The notes below the pieces were generated by a model that did no database searches, had not been told where the DNA came from, and saw only the letters and a program-made list of their open reading frames with translations. Shown here in pieces: positions 52,248 to 64,000 of a stretch of DNA of 64,000 nucleotides. The DNA lies in NCBI RefSeq assembly GCF_963921235.1, contig NC_086108.1, forward strand, positions 54,748,001 to 54,812,000, read 5' to 3'. Position 1 is the first letter of the stretch, and every line of letters starts with the position of its first letter. The translations under genes were made by a program, and so were the position numbers. This stretch comes from Mobula hypostoma. Its lineage: Eukaryota.

Positions 52248-53996
52248 TTTGCAATTCTTTACTTTCCCAAGAGTGTTGGGAAATAGATTATTTGAAATAT
52301 TTAAAGTGGAGGTTGATAAATTTTGAAAGGTTGGGAAATTGAAGGCTATGGAGATCTGGCACAGAGGAAGAATCGAGATGGGGGTGGATCAGCCCTGATT
52401 ATATTAAATGGTATTGCAGGCTTAAGGGAGCAGGTAGCCTGTTCCTATTTTTGTGTTTTTAATTATTTAGGTGTAGTGTGGTCTTCCAGGACAGATGACC
52501 AACCTGCCACTAAGCCTCTTGCCAGTTGTCTGAAACTGGCCCCGGAAAACTGAATGATAGCTTGTTTTGACTATAGGAATACATAAACTCGAGTTTTTTT
52601 TCTACTAGGTTGACCATCTTTTAGAAGAGAATGATTGGTTATTTGAGTTAATGTGCTCCTGAACAGTAAATCAGTTATAGGAAAGCAAATTGAAAACCTT
52701 GTTGTCTACTCAGATACATTTAAATGACCATTGTTTGCCTTCAAAATCAAAATGAAGAAAAAAATTAACAAACATAATTCTCCATTGTTTTCAAAAATAC
52801 AGTTTTACTAAAAGCTAGTGCATATTTAGTTTAAGGTCTACGCATTTTTGTAAATTACTACACTTTTTTTTCCAGATGAACACCAGGTCTTAACTTCATT
52901 TATGTCCAAAGGAAAAGGTAGATTTCCTTCTGGCTTATGAGAAATTAAACAAATAAGATATTATTTCTTGAACAAATTCACCCTCAATGTGACTGCACTA
53001 TGATAGTAAGAATGAAGTAAGAAATACTGGAATTTAAAAATAAAAGCCTTAATCACAGCTAAACAACTTGTAAGATCAAAAGTAATGTCTGTAAATGTCA
53101 GGACTCAAATAAAGAGGTACACCAGGATTATGCTTCAATTAAGAATCCAGATATCTCAAGAGCATGGGCACCATGATGATGTAGTAGGTAGCATGCCACG
53201 ATTACAACTTGGGGTATTCTGGAGTTTGGAGTTCAACTCTAGCGCCATTTGTAAGGAGTTTCTACAATCTCCAATGAACCTCCAGGTGCTGCAGTATCCT
53301 CCCACAGTCTAGTGACGTACTGGTTAGTAGGCCAATTGGTCATTATAAATTCCCCTCTGATTAGGCTAGGGTTAAATAGGTGGTTTGCTGGGTGGTGTGG
53401 TCCGTTGAGTTGGAAGAGCCTGGTCTATGTTGTATCTATGTATGTGCAAGAGATTGGGTTACATAATCTGTTGTCTTGTCACCAGTGGGCAAGTAACTCA
53501 ATGTAATGAAGAATAATGAGATGAAATTGTCTCTCTTCCTGTCTACAAAGGTCATGTGCAATACGAATTTAGGAAACCACATGTCAATTTCTAGCAATTT
53601 AATAAAAGTCCTATAAAATGTGTTATTTAACCCAAATAGCTGTGTGACTTTCTGGTTTGGGAAGTGGTATATTCTGTTCATTAGATATTTTCGTGAAACA
53701 GTGTTTATAAGGTATTCACTTGAAGCAAAATAAGTTTTCTTTATTCTTCATCAGTTACATATCCTGAATGCGAGTTGATACTGTGTCGTAAAAGTCAAAA
53801 TTGTTCTAACCCCACGTGCAAGTAATTTATTTTGGTACTTTAGATAAAGCTAGATTCAAAATGTATTTTAGAATATTTTGTACCTAAAATATCTTTCTAG
53901 ATAAAGATTCTTCACTTCAAAGTCTGGTCCCTAGAGGTAAATTTCATCATCAGTCCTGCTTATCACTCAAGATTAATTTTATTATTTCAATTTCAG

Positions 53997-54173
53997 CTAC
54001 TGGATTGGATTGAAGGGAAAGAAAGAAATATACGAGCATTACTGTCAACTATGCACACTGTTTTATGGGAAGGGGAAACAAAATGGAAGCCTGTTGGCAT
54101 GGCAGATCTCGTAACTCCCGAACAAGTGAAAAAAGTCTATCGGAAGGCAGTACTTGTTGTTCACCCCGATAAG
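53997..54173 (+). CDS. DNAJC6: Auxilin J-domain exon ([24 protein letters not shown]...[13 protein letters not shown])
   Basis: tttcag acceptor, AAG|gtaagt donor; HPD motif; near-identical to the auxilin J domain. Confidence 0.97.
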
Positions 54174-55655
54174 GTAAGTTCTACAATTATCTGGTATCAA
54201 TACTTGGTAATCTTGATTAACTTTTGCCTCCTGCAAGCAGTTGCTGATGCATTGCAGGTAATAGACCATAGACAACATAGTCCTGAATTTCCATCTTCAG
54301 AATGGCTCTGGCAGCCTTTGACAGAAATTGAAGGTGGGAGTGTTGATTTGGTTTCTGCTGCATGCAGTGTGAAGTAGCTTTAACATGTTTTGTCATTTGA
54401 CATACTATGTCATTTGATTTTAATTGCATTTCAGTTCTGAATTTGTTCACCATGCAGTGGATTATGAATTTTGAAATCTAACAGTTCGCATAAGGCAATC
54501 CACCAATGGCCCACCTGACAGGCAAAGTTTTTTTGCCACAGTAAAGATGAAAATCATAAACCAGGAAATGGAAAACACATCTTGCTCTCAGTACTCCTGA
54601 AGTTAATAGTGGAAAGAGCCATAAATTGCTTTAAAAAATCTGTTGGAAAAAGTTGCTGGTGATATGTGTGTTGCTTGAAATTCCAGCATCTGCAGATTTC
54701 CTCGTGTTTGCGCTTTTAAACTGTTAGAGGAACTTGGTGGGTCTGGCAACATCTGTGGAGACAAAGGGATAGTCATTAATTTAGGTGAAGACCCTGCTTC
54801 AGGATTAAGAGTGTAGGCAGGAGATTGCCAGCATTCAGAGTTCAGAAGAGGGCTATGGAAGGGGCTTCCATGTGATGGATGAAACTAGGTGAGGAAGGAG
54901 ACGGAGATTGGGTCTGGTGGAGGTGGAGGAGGAGGATTGGGTGGAGTCTGGAATCATTGGCTGCTGGGTGATGTTAGAGAAAGAGGTGCCAGATGGAGTC
55001 AGGTTGGTGGGAGAGAGCAAAGGATAGAGATAGACACAAAGCTGGAAGATGAGCAGAAGGAAGAGGTTGCAGATACTCGAGTCTGATAAGGAAGGTGATT
55101 GGTGGAACGAGGTAAAGGAGGAATGAGGGACCAACTGGAGAAGGGGATAAGAGCCAGTAGATGTAGTGTGTGGGTGAGAGGAATGAATTTGGGGTTGGTG
55201 GGGCATAAGGAGAGGAAAATGGAGCAATGGGAGTTTGGGTGACTTGGAAAATTGTTTGTACCATTGACGACTATCTCAGGTGAAAAAATAAGGTTATTTA
55301 CCTCTACTTAGCTTTTGGTATTCCTTTGCTTCTATACATGCTACTTGAGTTTGTTCAGGAGTTTTTTTTCCCATTGCCGATTTAGCAACTGTTGTCTCTT
55401 ATATCTACAGGAGCATTTGCATTTGTAATCTTTAGATGCTCCTTTGACATCTATTCGAAATGGATTTACTATTATAACATATCTTGAGATACAGTAGAAA
55501 ATTTGTTGTGCATACTGTTCATGCAACTCAAATCTTTGTTTTTATCTTGTTCTACATCAATATAATGTAGAAATTAAGTATAACAGCAATAAAGAAAGCA
55601 ACACTCACAACAGGCTGGAGGAACTCAGCAGGTCGGGCAGCATTCGTGGAAATGA

Positions 55656-55695
55656 TCAGTCAACGTTTCGGGCCGGAACCCTTCGTCAGGACTGA
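55656..55695 (-). ncRNA. Minimal hammerhead ribozyme motif, intact core, antisense
   Basis: Exact reverse complement of 55753-55792. Confidence 0.75.
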
Positions 55696-55752
55696 AGAGG
55701 GAAGGGGACCCTCCCCCCCACCTTCTTTATAGGGCCTCTGCCCCTTCCCTCT

Positions 55753-55792
55753 TCAGTCCTGACGAAGGGTTCCGGCCCGAAACGTTGACTGA
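55753..55792 (+). ncRNA. Minimal hammerhead ribozyme motif, intact core, DNAJC6-sense
   Basis: tcagtc-CTGACGA-a-ggg(ttccgg)ccc-GAAA-cg-TT-gactga; 6-bp stem I; predicted cleavage after 55786. Confidence 0.78.
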
Positions 55793-55949
55793 TCATTTCC
55801 ACGAATGCTGCCTGACCTGTTGAGTTCCTCCAGCGTGTCGTGAGTGTTGCTTTGACCCCAGCATCTGCAGAGTATTTTGTGTTTAAATAAAGAAAGGGTC
55901 GTGCAAGTAAACAATAAGGCACAAAATCATAGCGAAGTAGCTGAGTTCA

Positions 55950-56850
55950 GGAGTCCTTTTTATTTTGGAGAACTACTTAGTAGTCTTATAACAGTGGATA
56001 GAAGCTGTCCTTGGTTGTATGTGCTTTCAAGCTTTTGTATCTGCTGTCCAGTGGGAGATGGAGATGGAGGAATATTTGAGGTGAAGCAGTCTTGATTATG
56101 CTAGCTGCTTTACTGAGGCAGCAAGAAGTATAGATAGATGCCATGAAACGGAGACTCTGATATTCTGACCTGTGTTCACAATTCTCTGCAGTTTCTTTGT
56201 GGTCATGTGTGAGCAGTTTTCATACTAAGCTGACGTGCACCCAGGTTCTATAAGTGTATCAATAAAAAAAAAATTGGTAGGTATTGACAAGGACATGCCA
56301 AAATTCTTTAGCCTCCTGAGGAGGTAGAGGCATTGTTGAACTTTCATGGTCATGGTATCTACGTGATTGGACCAGGACTGGCCGGTAGTGATGTTCGCTC
56401 CTTGGACCCCGAAGTTCTCAATCTGAACACCATTGATGTAAGCACTATGTGCACCATACCCCTTTCTGAAGTCAATGACCAGTTCTTTAATTTGCTGCTA
56501 TTGAGGGAAAGATTGTTGTTATAACCCTGTTTTACTATGCTCTCTAATTTTTCCTGACCTCTGACTCATTGTTAAGAGATGTGGCCCACTGCGGTGGTAT
56601 CACCTGCTAACATAAATGGCAGAACCTGGCCATGCAGTCATAAGTGTACAGAGAGTGGTGTACGGAGCTGAAAATCCAACCTTGTGGAGCATCAGGGTTT
56701 AGAATAATTGAGTTGTTACTACCTACCCTTATTGCAGTCTGTTGGTCAGAAAATCAAGGATCCAGTTGCAGAGGGAGGTGTTAACTCCTAGGGTCCAGAG
56801 TTTGGTCATAAGTTTGCCTGGAATTACGGTATGGAAGATGGAACTGTAGT
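55950..56850 (-). mobile_element. Rex1/Babar-like LINE remnant
   Basis: Similar to the 4470-5290 remnant (aaggatccagttgcagagggagg, ctgaagtcaatgacca). Confidence 0.6.
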
Positions 56851-56859
56851 CAATAGACA

Positions 56860-58228
56860 CACACACACACGTGCGTGTGCTTCCGCCGGTGCTATAGTTA
56901 CGTTATGGACGATCTCGGCGTCCGTCAGGTGCTCATATGTTGGGCATTCGTCGTCGGCAGAGTACCACTGGTGTAGCTCCTCTTTGTTCCATTCAGACAG
57001 CTTCTCTGCCTCACGCACATCTTCCTCTGTGAAGCTGAACAAATCTGGCTCGTCATCATCTTCTTCCATGGTGGATTGGCGTGATGAAGAGGCTGGCCCC
57101 AGACTCTTTTCCCAGCATTTCTCTACAGATGACAAGCTGACTGCTGCCGAGGCCTTCCCACCTAAGTGGCAAACTTCCTTCACGTTCAGGCTTTCCAGAT
57201 AGGCATCAAGCGTTGTTGGGTCGTCTACAATTCTACAAATTAATTCCCGCCTGTAATTCTGCTTGAACATGGAGATGATCCCCTGATCTAGGAGCTGGAC
57301 CTTGGACGTAGTGTTCTTGGGGAGGTAAGAAATTCGGATCTTTCCGTCACGGCTTACTAGGTTGGCAGCTGGCGGACGAGCGGGACAGTTGTCAAGCAAA
57401 AGAAGAGCTTTGGGTTCTAGCTTTTGCTTACACAAATGAGCGCGGACGGCAGGGACGAAAGTTTTGTGAAACCAATCCTCAGATGACTCCTGTCATCCAA
57501 GCATTGCTGCTGTGTGTGTACTTGAACAGTAACAACTTCATGTTGACATGGTGGAAACAGCAGGACGAGCGAGAGTTGCCAATCATGACCGGTTTTAACT
57601 GATGTGATCCAATCTTGTTTACACAAAACAACAACATCACGCGATCTTTGCATTGTTTGAACCCCTCATGTCGGTGGGCGTCATCTTTGCTAGTCAGTGT
57701 ACGGTTTGGGATCACCTTGTAGCAGAGGCCTGTTTCGTCACAGTTGTACACTTGTTCTTCCACGTAGCCACCTTCTAAGAGGTTTTAGTTCAGCCGGGTA
57801 TTCATTGGCAGCGGCACTGTCGGCTGAGCGAATTTCTCCTGACACTAACATTTGAGAAATCCCGTGACGGCGTTTAAACCAGTCTAGCCATCCATTGCTA
57901 GCTTTAAACTGTGAGGTTTCTCCATTGATCTGCTTGTGAAACTTCTCCGCTTGAGCTTTGAGAGTAGGACCAGAAATTGGAAGGCCTTCTGAGTGAACTT
58001 GAATGAACCACTCATACAGGGAGTCATCGAGGCTGACATCTTTGGCTGTCTTCAGGCGTTTGGCTTTTAGTCCTGCTTCTTCTTCAACTTTGCAAAGCGG
58101 CGCGCGTAACTTCTCTTCGTGACACTTCCAGCTATGAAGTGCTGATTCCAGTATCCCGAGGTCTCATGCAATTTGAGTCTGACTTTTAGTCTTGATCACG
58201 TCAAGTGCGCGAAGCTTATCTTTCACAG
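56860..58228 (-). mobile_element. pogo/Tigger (TIGD/Jerky-like) transposase coding region, frameshifted, no TIRs seen
   Basis: HTH VKDKLRALDVIK; CENP-B-like DDSLYEWF...FKASNGWLDWFKRRHGI; catalytic motifs YNCDETGL, LLLDNCPA, QLLDQGII. Confidence 0.88.
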
Positions 58229-59069
58229 AAAAAGATTTTCTTTTTGTAGCAGTTTGTTCCATTTTGAGCCAAAAAAAGGTCCAATGACTCACACAAAATG
58301 CTGGTGGAACGTAGCAGGCCAGGCAGCATCTGGTGGAGACCCTTCATCAGGACTAACAGAAAATATCATGGTCAAGATGGTATGGTAATCAGGAAAGGGA
58401 GCATAAGAACATAAAAAAATAGGAGCAGGAGTAGGCCGTCCGGCCCATCAAGCCTGCCCCGCTATTCAATAAGGTCATGACAAAATGCAATGTTGTTCTC
58501 TAAACATTATTATTGTTCTTGATGGTTGAAATTGAGGTGCTGTCATGCAATTTGTTGATGGCACATGTTGCAACCACAGTGAATTGATAACTGGGTAGTG
58601 AAAGCGCAGTGAATCAGTAGTTTTTCTATTTTGAATGGAGTTCAACCCTTGAATGCACCCATCCAGGTAAGTGATAGGTTTGAAAGCATTAACAATTTTG
58701 TAAACATAGGAATGATTTGGAAAGGAGTCACTTGACTTCCCATTTCTAAAACCCAACGTGCTGAAAGGATTAAGCCATTGATGTCTTGAGATGCAGATAA
58801 ATGTGGGAACATTCAATGATTATGATGTAGTTGAAGATAAATAGATCAGATGATTTTCTTCTGTTATTGATGATCATTTCTTCCCAACTGGTATGCTGGA
58901 GCTTCAGCTGTTGCGTAAGGCTTTTCAGGCACTGCCATCACTTGGCAACATGTCCAATAATTGTTGAATTTTAACTTTGATCTCTAGGAATGTAGGGCTC
59001 CATAATATCATATTCAGTTGCCATGGGCTTGCAGTCAAACATGCTTACTGTTACCAGGGCTCCATTTTT

Positions 59070-59257
59070 CAGCAGGCCAGGCAGCATCTATAGGAAGAAG
59101 CGCAGTCGACGTTTCAGGCCGAGACCCTTCGGGTCTCGGCCTGAAACGTCGACTGCGCTTCTTCCTATAGATGCTGCCTGGCCTGCTGCGTTCACCAGCA
59201 ACTTTGATGTATGTTGCTTGAATTTCCAGCATCTGCAGAATTCCTGTTGTTTGCTGT
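59070..59257. mobile_element. PLE-derived perfect palindrome insertion
   Basis: 58-bp perfect arms 59070-59127 / 59131-59188 with ttc loop, then PLE tail; 14-bp repeat ctccatttttcagc (59060-59073, 59258-59271). Confidence 0.92.
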
Positions 59258-60939
59258 CTCCATTTTTCAGCTTTACTTCTGGGTCTGGATCAGGCTATGC
59301 TGAGATGAGCAAAAATTCTGGTGTTCAAACTGTGTTGGTGAGCAGTTGCTACTTGATGCCCTTCAAGCAGGCTGCTTGGCCCGTTGTTGATTTGATTAGG
59401 AGCAGGATGCATGTGTGTAATTTCAGATTTTGTCCAGTAGATGCCAATATTACAGCTGGAAAGGAAAAAGCTGGCTATAGTGCAATTAAACAGCTCAGCT
59501 GTCATGAGATGATATAACTGGAGTGTATGGAGTCCAGTCAAGTATTATAGAAAACAGATTATAGCAATTAGTAGCACTTCGAACCGTGGAATCTCTGGGA
59601 AATAGGTTGAGTACAATTAGCCTATGACGTTGCCTGAAGACACTCATCAGCCTCCGTGTGTTTTTGTTTATATATAGCTTCAAGTCACCTATTAAGATTC
59701 ATTGCCAGCTGATCATGTACAGATTTTGACCAGATGTGCTAGGGCTTGAGTTTTATTCTGATTCTCCATTAATTGTCAGATAACTTTGCTTTGTTGATGA
59801 CCTTGTGCTTTTCAAAAAAAACAGAGATCAGGAGGAATCTCCTTAGCCTGATGATGGTGAATCTGTGGAATTCATTACCACAGGCAGCTGTGAAGACCAA
59901 ATTATTGGGTATATTTAAAGAGGATGTTGATAGGGTCTTGATTAGTAAGGGGGTGTAAGGTTATGGGGAGAAGGCTGGAAAATGGGGTTGAGAGGGATAA
60001 TAAATCAACCCATGATGGAATGGTAAAGCAGATTTAATGGGTTGGTTGTCTTAATTTTGCTCCTATGTCTTAGATTCTTGTATCTGTGACTTACTATTGG
60101 ACCAAATTTGGTTTCTTGGCAAAATCAAGAGAACGTGATTCACTATGAGATCACAATCAAGGGCAATGCACAATTATACTGGTGATTGTAACATTTCATG
60201 ATTGCCTTGTTTTTGACCCATCCTTAAGTCTTCTCTGCAAGATGATAGTGCATATTTTTGGTACAAGCAAACTTGATGGAAGCAAGTACTGTTTTAAACT
60301 TTCTCTTCCCAAGTATTCAAGGGTGATCATTCCTATCAAGACTATCTCAGATAGGTAAGCAAGTGATATGTATGTCTGAGGACAATATGAGGTAAATTTG
60401 TTTCTTTATGTTGATTTCTCTACCAACAGGTGCAGGTTCAATATGTCAAATTTTCTCTGTAATCTGCTGCTACTGATTTGCCCTGAATGTTTTCTGCCTT
60501 TGCAACCTCTAAGTGATATTCAACTGAGAGGAGTTATGATCGATTGGTATTAGTTGGAGGGTGGATGATGATTAAGAGCTGATTCCATTTATATTGTTTG
60601 TTCCTGGGTAATTACCACCTACATCAACATCGAGGTGCATCCCTCCTTTCATTTTCTCTTAATACAGCACCTCTTAATCCTCCTGCCTCAGATGTATTGG
60701 ATGGCATGAAGTTCGGGTACTGACATCAAAGATACAAACTCAACTCATTGGAAAATTACTGGCAACCTGTTTGAGCCTGAACACACACAGCACGTGCAGT
60801 CACAAACAGCACATAGTCACAGTCATATTAGCGCATGGCCTGAAGATTGACAAGTTGACAAAGTGTGAGATAAGTGTTTATGTAAGACAGTATAATGTTA
60901 CTGGCACTATTACAATAAAACAAGGGTGGGGGGTGCGGG

Positions 60940-61290
60940 GAGCCTCACTTCCTCTGTCTCCTCAGGAAGTGGAGGTGTACCTGTGTTCTCCTGGCTAAGG
61001 AGCAGCTGTTGAGGCACCACGTAAGATTGTCAGTAATGTGCACACCAAGAAACTTGGTGCTCCTGACTCTCTTCACAGAAAAGCTGTTGATGTGCAGTAG
61101 GGAATGGCCAGCCTGCACCTTCCTGAAGTCCACAATCATTTTTTTAATCTTGTCCATGCTGAGACTCGTGCTGTTGTGTTTATGCCTGTCACAAGCTGCA
61201 TTACCTCCTCCCTGTATGCTGTTTCATCATTGTTGACAAGACCAACCACTGTTTTGTCATTATCATTATGTCATGTGATGTGGTTAGAAC
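60940..61290 (-). mobile_element. Rex1/Babar-like 3' fragment
   Basis: KMIVDFRK...KFLGVHITDNLTW...HFLRR. Confidence 0.7.
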
Positions 61291-62289
61291 TGGATTTGGC
61301 AGTATATTTGAGTATATTTAAAACAGAAGTTGATAGGTTCTTGATTAGTAAAAGTGTCAAAGGTTACAGGGAGAAGACAGGAGAATGGGGATGAGAGACA
61401 ATAAATCAGCCATGATGGTATTGCAGAGTAGACTGTGGTTTGAGCAGCCTGGTTCTGCTCCTATGTGTTATTGCATTTAACTTTTTTTAAAATTCTCACT
61501 CCATTGTTTTAATCCTCTCTCAATATTTTACATCCTCATTTTTATGACGATTGATTTACATTTCCAGGTCTCAATTTTCCACGGTCCAGTGTGTCTTTCA
61601 ATATGGTTAAAGACATGAAGATGTTCACCTTGATGTTAATTTTCCCCGAAGAGGGTGTTACACAGTTCAGATATTTGACTGACAAGAATTTGCTCTGCAA
61701 AAGCACAGTGGACGATTATGGCCAAGTGCAAGTGTGGATGAATAGCTAATATTTTTTTTACTCCTAGAAGGAATTTGATCCTGGAAAGATAAAGGCGACT
61801 TGTGTTTCCAAACTTCAAGGAAATGATTGTCAGGGTATATAGAAATGATGTAGTTCACGAACAATACTCTGAGATGTTTTCGGTTGAGGATGAGGCTAAT
61901 TTACATTATGGAAAAGTTAACGTATATTACCACATTTTGTATATGCTGACACTGGATGATTAAAATGAGGATCTTTTTTTAAAATAAAAGACGATGAAAA
62001 AGATCAATTATTCATTGCTGAAAGAATAAATTGGTCAGTAACATCTGGTAATTTCAGAAAAGGCTAGAAATGCTCAAAATCTAGCAGCTGCTGTAAGAAA
62101 CAGTTAACTTTTCAAGTTGATGACCTTTCATTAGGACTGTAAAGTAAATATCCTGAGAAAGTGATATAGATTAAGTTTTGATTATCCTGTGTTTGAGTGA
62201 AAGTGATTCTCTGTGAATTTTGTCTTATGTTAAATATTTTCTTTGAGGTAAAGTGATTGAGGACTTTATAAACCCAGCTTAGGTATTTA

Positions 62290-62402
62290 CGAAGGGTGAT
62301 TGATAAGTTTGTGGCCTAAGGTAGAAGGAGTCAATTTTAGAAAGCCTAGCACATTTATTTTTCAACATAGTCTCCTCCTACATTTATACACTTAGTCCAG
62401 CA
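62290..62402 (+). mobile_element. Probable mariner-like transposon left end, interrupted by CR1
   Basis: TA|CGAAGGGTGATTGATAAGTTTGTGGCCT resembles mariner-type termini; partner TIR not in the window. Confidence 0.45.
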
Positions 62403-64000
62403 TTAAAAAAGAAGTATAACAGAGCTAAGGTGAGTGGGAAGACGGATGATTAGGAAATTTTTAAGGAGCAACAGAACTTAACTGAAAAGGCAATACGGGG
62501 AGAAAAAATGAGGTATGAACGCAAGCTAGCTAGGAATATAAAGGAGGATAGCAAAAGTTTTTTTAGGTATGTGAAGAGAAGGAAGATAGTTAAGAACAAT
62601 GTTGGGCCCTTGAAGAATGAATTGGGAGAAATTGTTATGGGAAACAGAGAAATGGCAGACGAATTTAATAAGTACTTTGGATCTGTCTTCACTAGGGAAG
62701 ACACAAGCAATCTCCCAGATGTATGGATGGGCCAAGGACATAGGGTAACAGAGGAACTGAAACAGATTGACATTAGGAAGGAAATGGTGATGATTAGACT
62801 GATGGGACTGAAGGCTAACAAATCCCCAGGTCCAGATAGTCTGCATCCTAGGGTACTAAAGGAGGTGGCTCTGGAAATTGCGGATGCATTGGTGATCATT
62901 TTCCAATGTTCCTTAGATTCAGGATCAGTTCCTGAGGATTGGCGAATGGCTAATGTTATCCCACTTTTTAAGAAGGGAGGGAGAAAACAGAGAACTATCA
63001 CCCTGTTAGCCTAACATCAGTAGTGGGGAAGATGCTAGAGTCCATTATTAAAGATGAAATAGCGGCATATCTTGATAGCAGTGATAGGATTGGGCCGAGT
63101 CAGCATGGATTTACCAAGGGCAAATCATGCTTGACTAATCTATTGGAGTTTTTCGAGGATGTAACCAGGAAGATAGACGCGGGAGATCCAGTGGATGTGG
63201 TGTACCTTGACTTTCAGAAGGCATTCGATATGGTACCACATAGGAGATTGGTGGGTAAAATCAGAGCTCATGGCATTGGGGGGAGGATATTGACATGGAT
63301 AGAAAACTGGTTGGCAGATAGAAAGCAAAGGGTAGCAGTGAATGGGTGTTTCTTGGAATGGCAGGTGGTGACTAGTGGGGTGCCACAGGGCTCGGTATTG
63401 GGACCACAGCTGTTTACGATTTACGTCAATGATTTAGAGGAAGGCATTGTGAATAACATCAGCAAGATTGCTGATGATACTAAGCTGGGTGGCAGTGTAA
63501 CATGTGAAGAGGATGTTAGGAGAATTCAAGGTGACTTGGATAGGCTGGGTGAGTGGGCAGAAACTTGGCAGATGGCGTTTAGTGTGAATAAGTGTGAGGT
63601 TATTCACTTTGGGAGCAAGAACAGGAAGGCAGATTATTATCTGAACTGTGTGGAGTTAGGTAAGGGAGAAATACAAAGAGATCTAGGAGTACTTGTTCAT
63701 CAGTCTCTGAAGGTGAATGAGCAAGTGCAGCAGGCAGTGAAGGAGGCTAATGGAATGTTGGCCTTTATTACAAAGGGAATGGAGTACAAGAGCAAGGAAA
63801 TCCTTTTGCATTTGTACAGGGCCCTGGTGAGACCGCACCTGGAGTATTGTGTGCAGTTTTGGTCTCCAGGGTTAAGGAAGGACATCCTGGCTGTGGAGGA
63901 GGTGCAGCATAGGTTCACTAGGTTAATTCCTGGGATGTCCGGACTGTCTTACGCAGAGAGGTTAGAGAGACTGGGCTTGTACACGCTGGAATTAAGGAGA
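62403..64000 (+). mobile_element. CR1 LINE, same family as 47476-49985; runs off the right edge
   Basis: MRYERKLARNIKEDSKSFFRYVK, KSPGPDSLHPRVLKE; RT motifs with frameshifts. Confidence 0.95.

Larger units (their letters stand above)
55599..55885. mobile_element. PLE-derived fold-back element with two intact opposed hammerheads
   Basis: ~112-bp inverted arms; 11-bp TSD aataaagaaag (55588-55598, 55886-55896). Confidence 0.92.

Noticed and set aside
10968..54173. GAK as the gene identity
   Set aside because: Diagnostic peptides ([54 protein letters not shown]) fit auxilin/DNAJC6 better
55341..55526. MHEQYAQQ ORF resembling the final auxilin exon (PYEQYAKM)
   Set aside because: Wrong strand and no further similarity; the last exon was not found in the window

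Overview
Vertebrate genomic DNA, probably a cartilaginous fish (inferred from the repeat set: CR1, Penelope-like, Rex1/Babar and V-domain/HE1-type SINEs). The + strand carries 13 consecutive internal coding exons (10968-54173) of DNAJC6/auxilin, running from the PTEN-like domain through the C2 domain and clathrin-binding region to the J-domain HPD motif. All junctions join in frame and one intron is GC-AG. The first exons and the last exon lie outside the window. The introns are filled with nested transposable elements. Two results stand out. (1) A Gypsy-type LTR retrotransposon has lost RT/RNaseH/integrase and instead carries an intronless, decayed fragment of the splicing factor RBM25, which points to LTR-mediated gene capture. 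(2) Penelope-like element (PLE) 3' ends carry minimal hammerhead ribozymes and repeatedly occur as short TSD-flanked fold-back insertions with opposed ribozyme arms; some have intact cores on the DNAJC6 sense strand. All homology calls are by eye or from memory; no database search was run.
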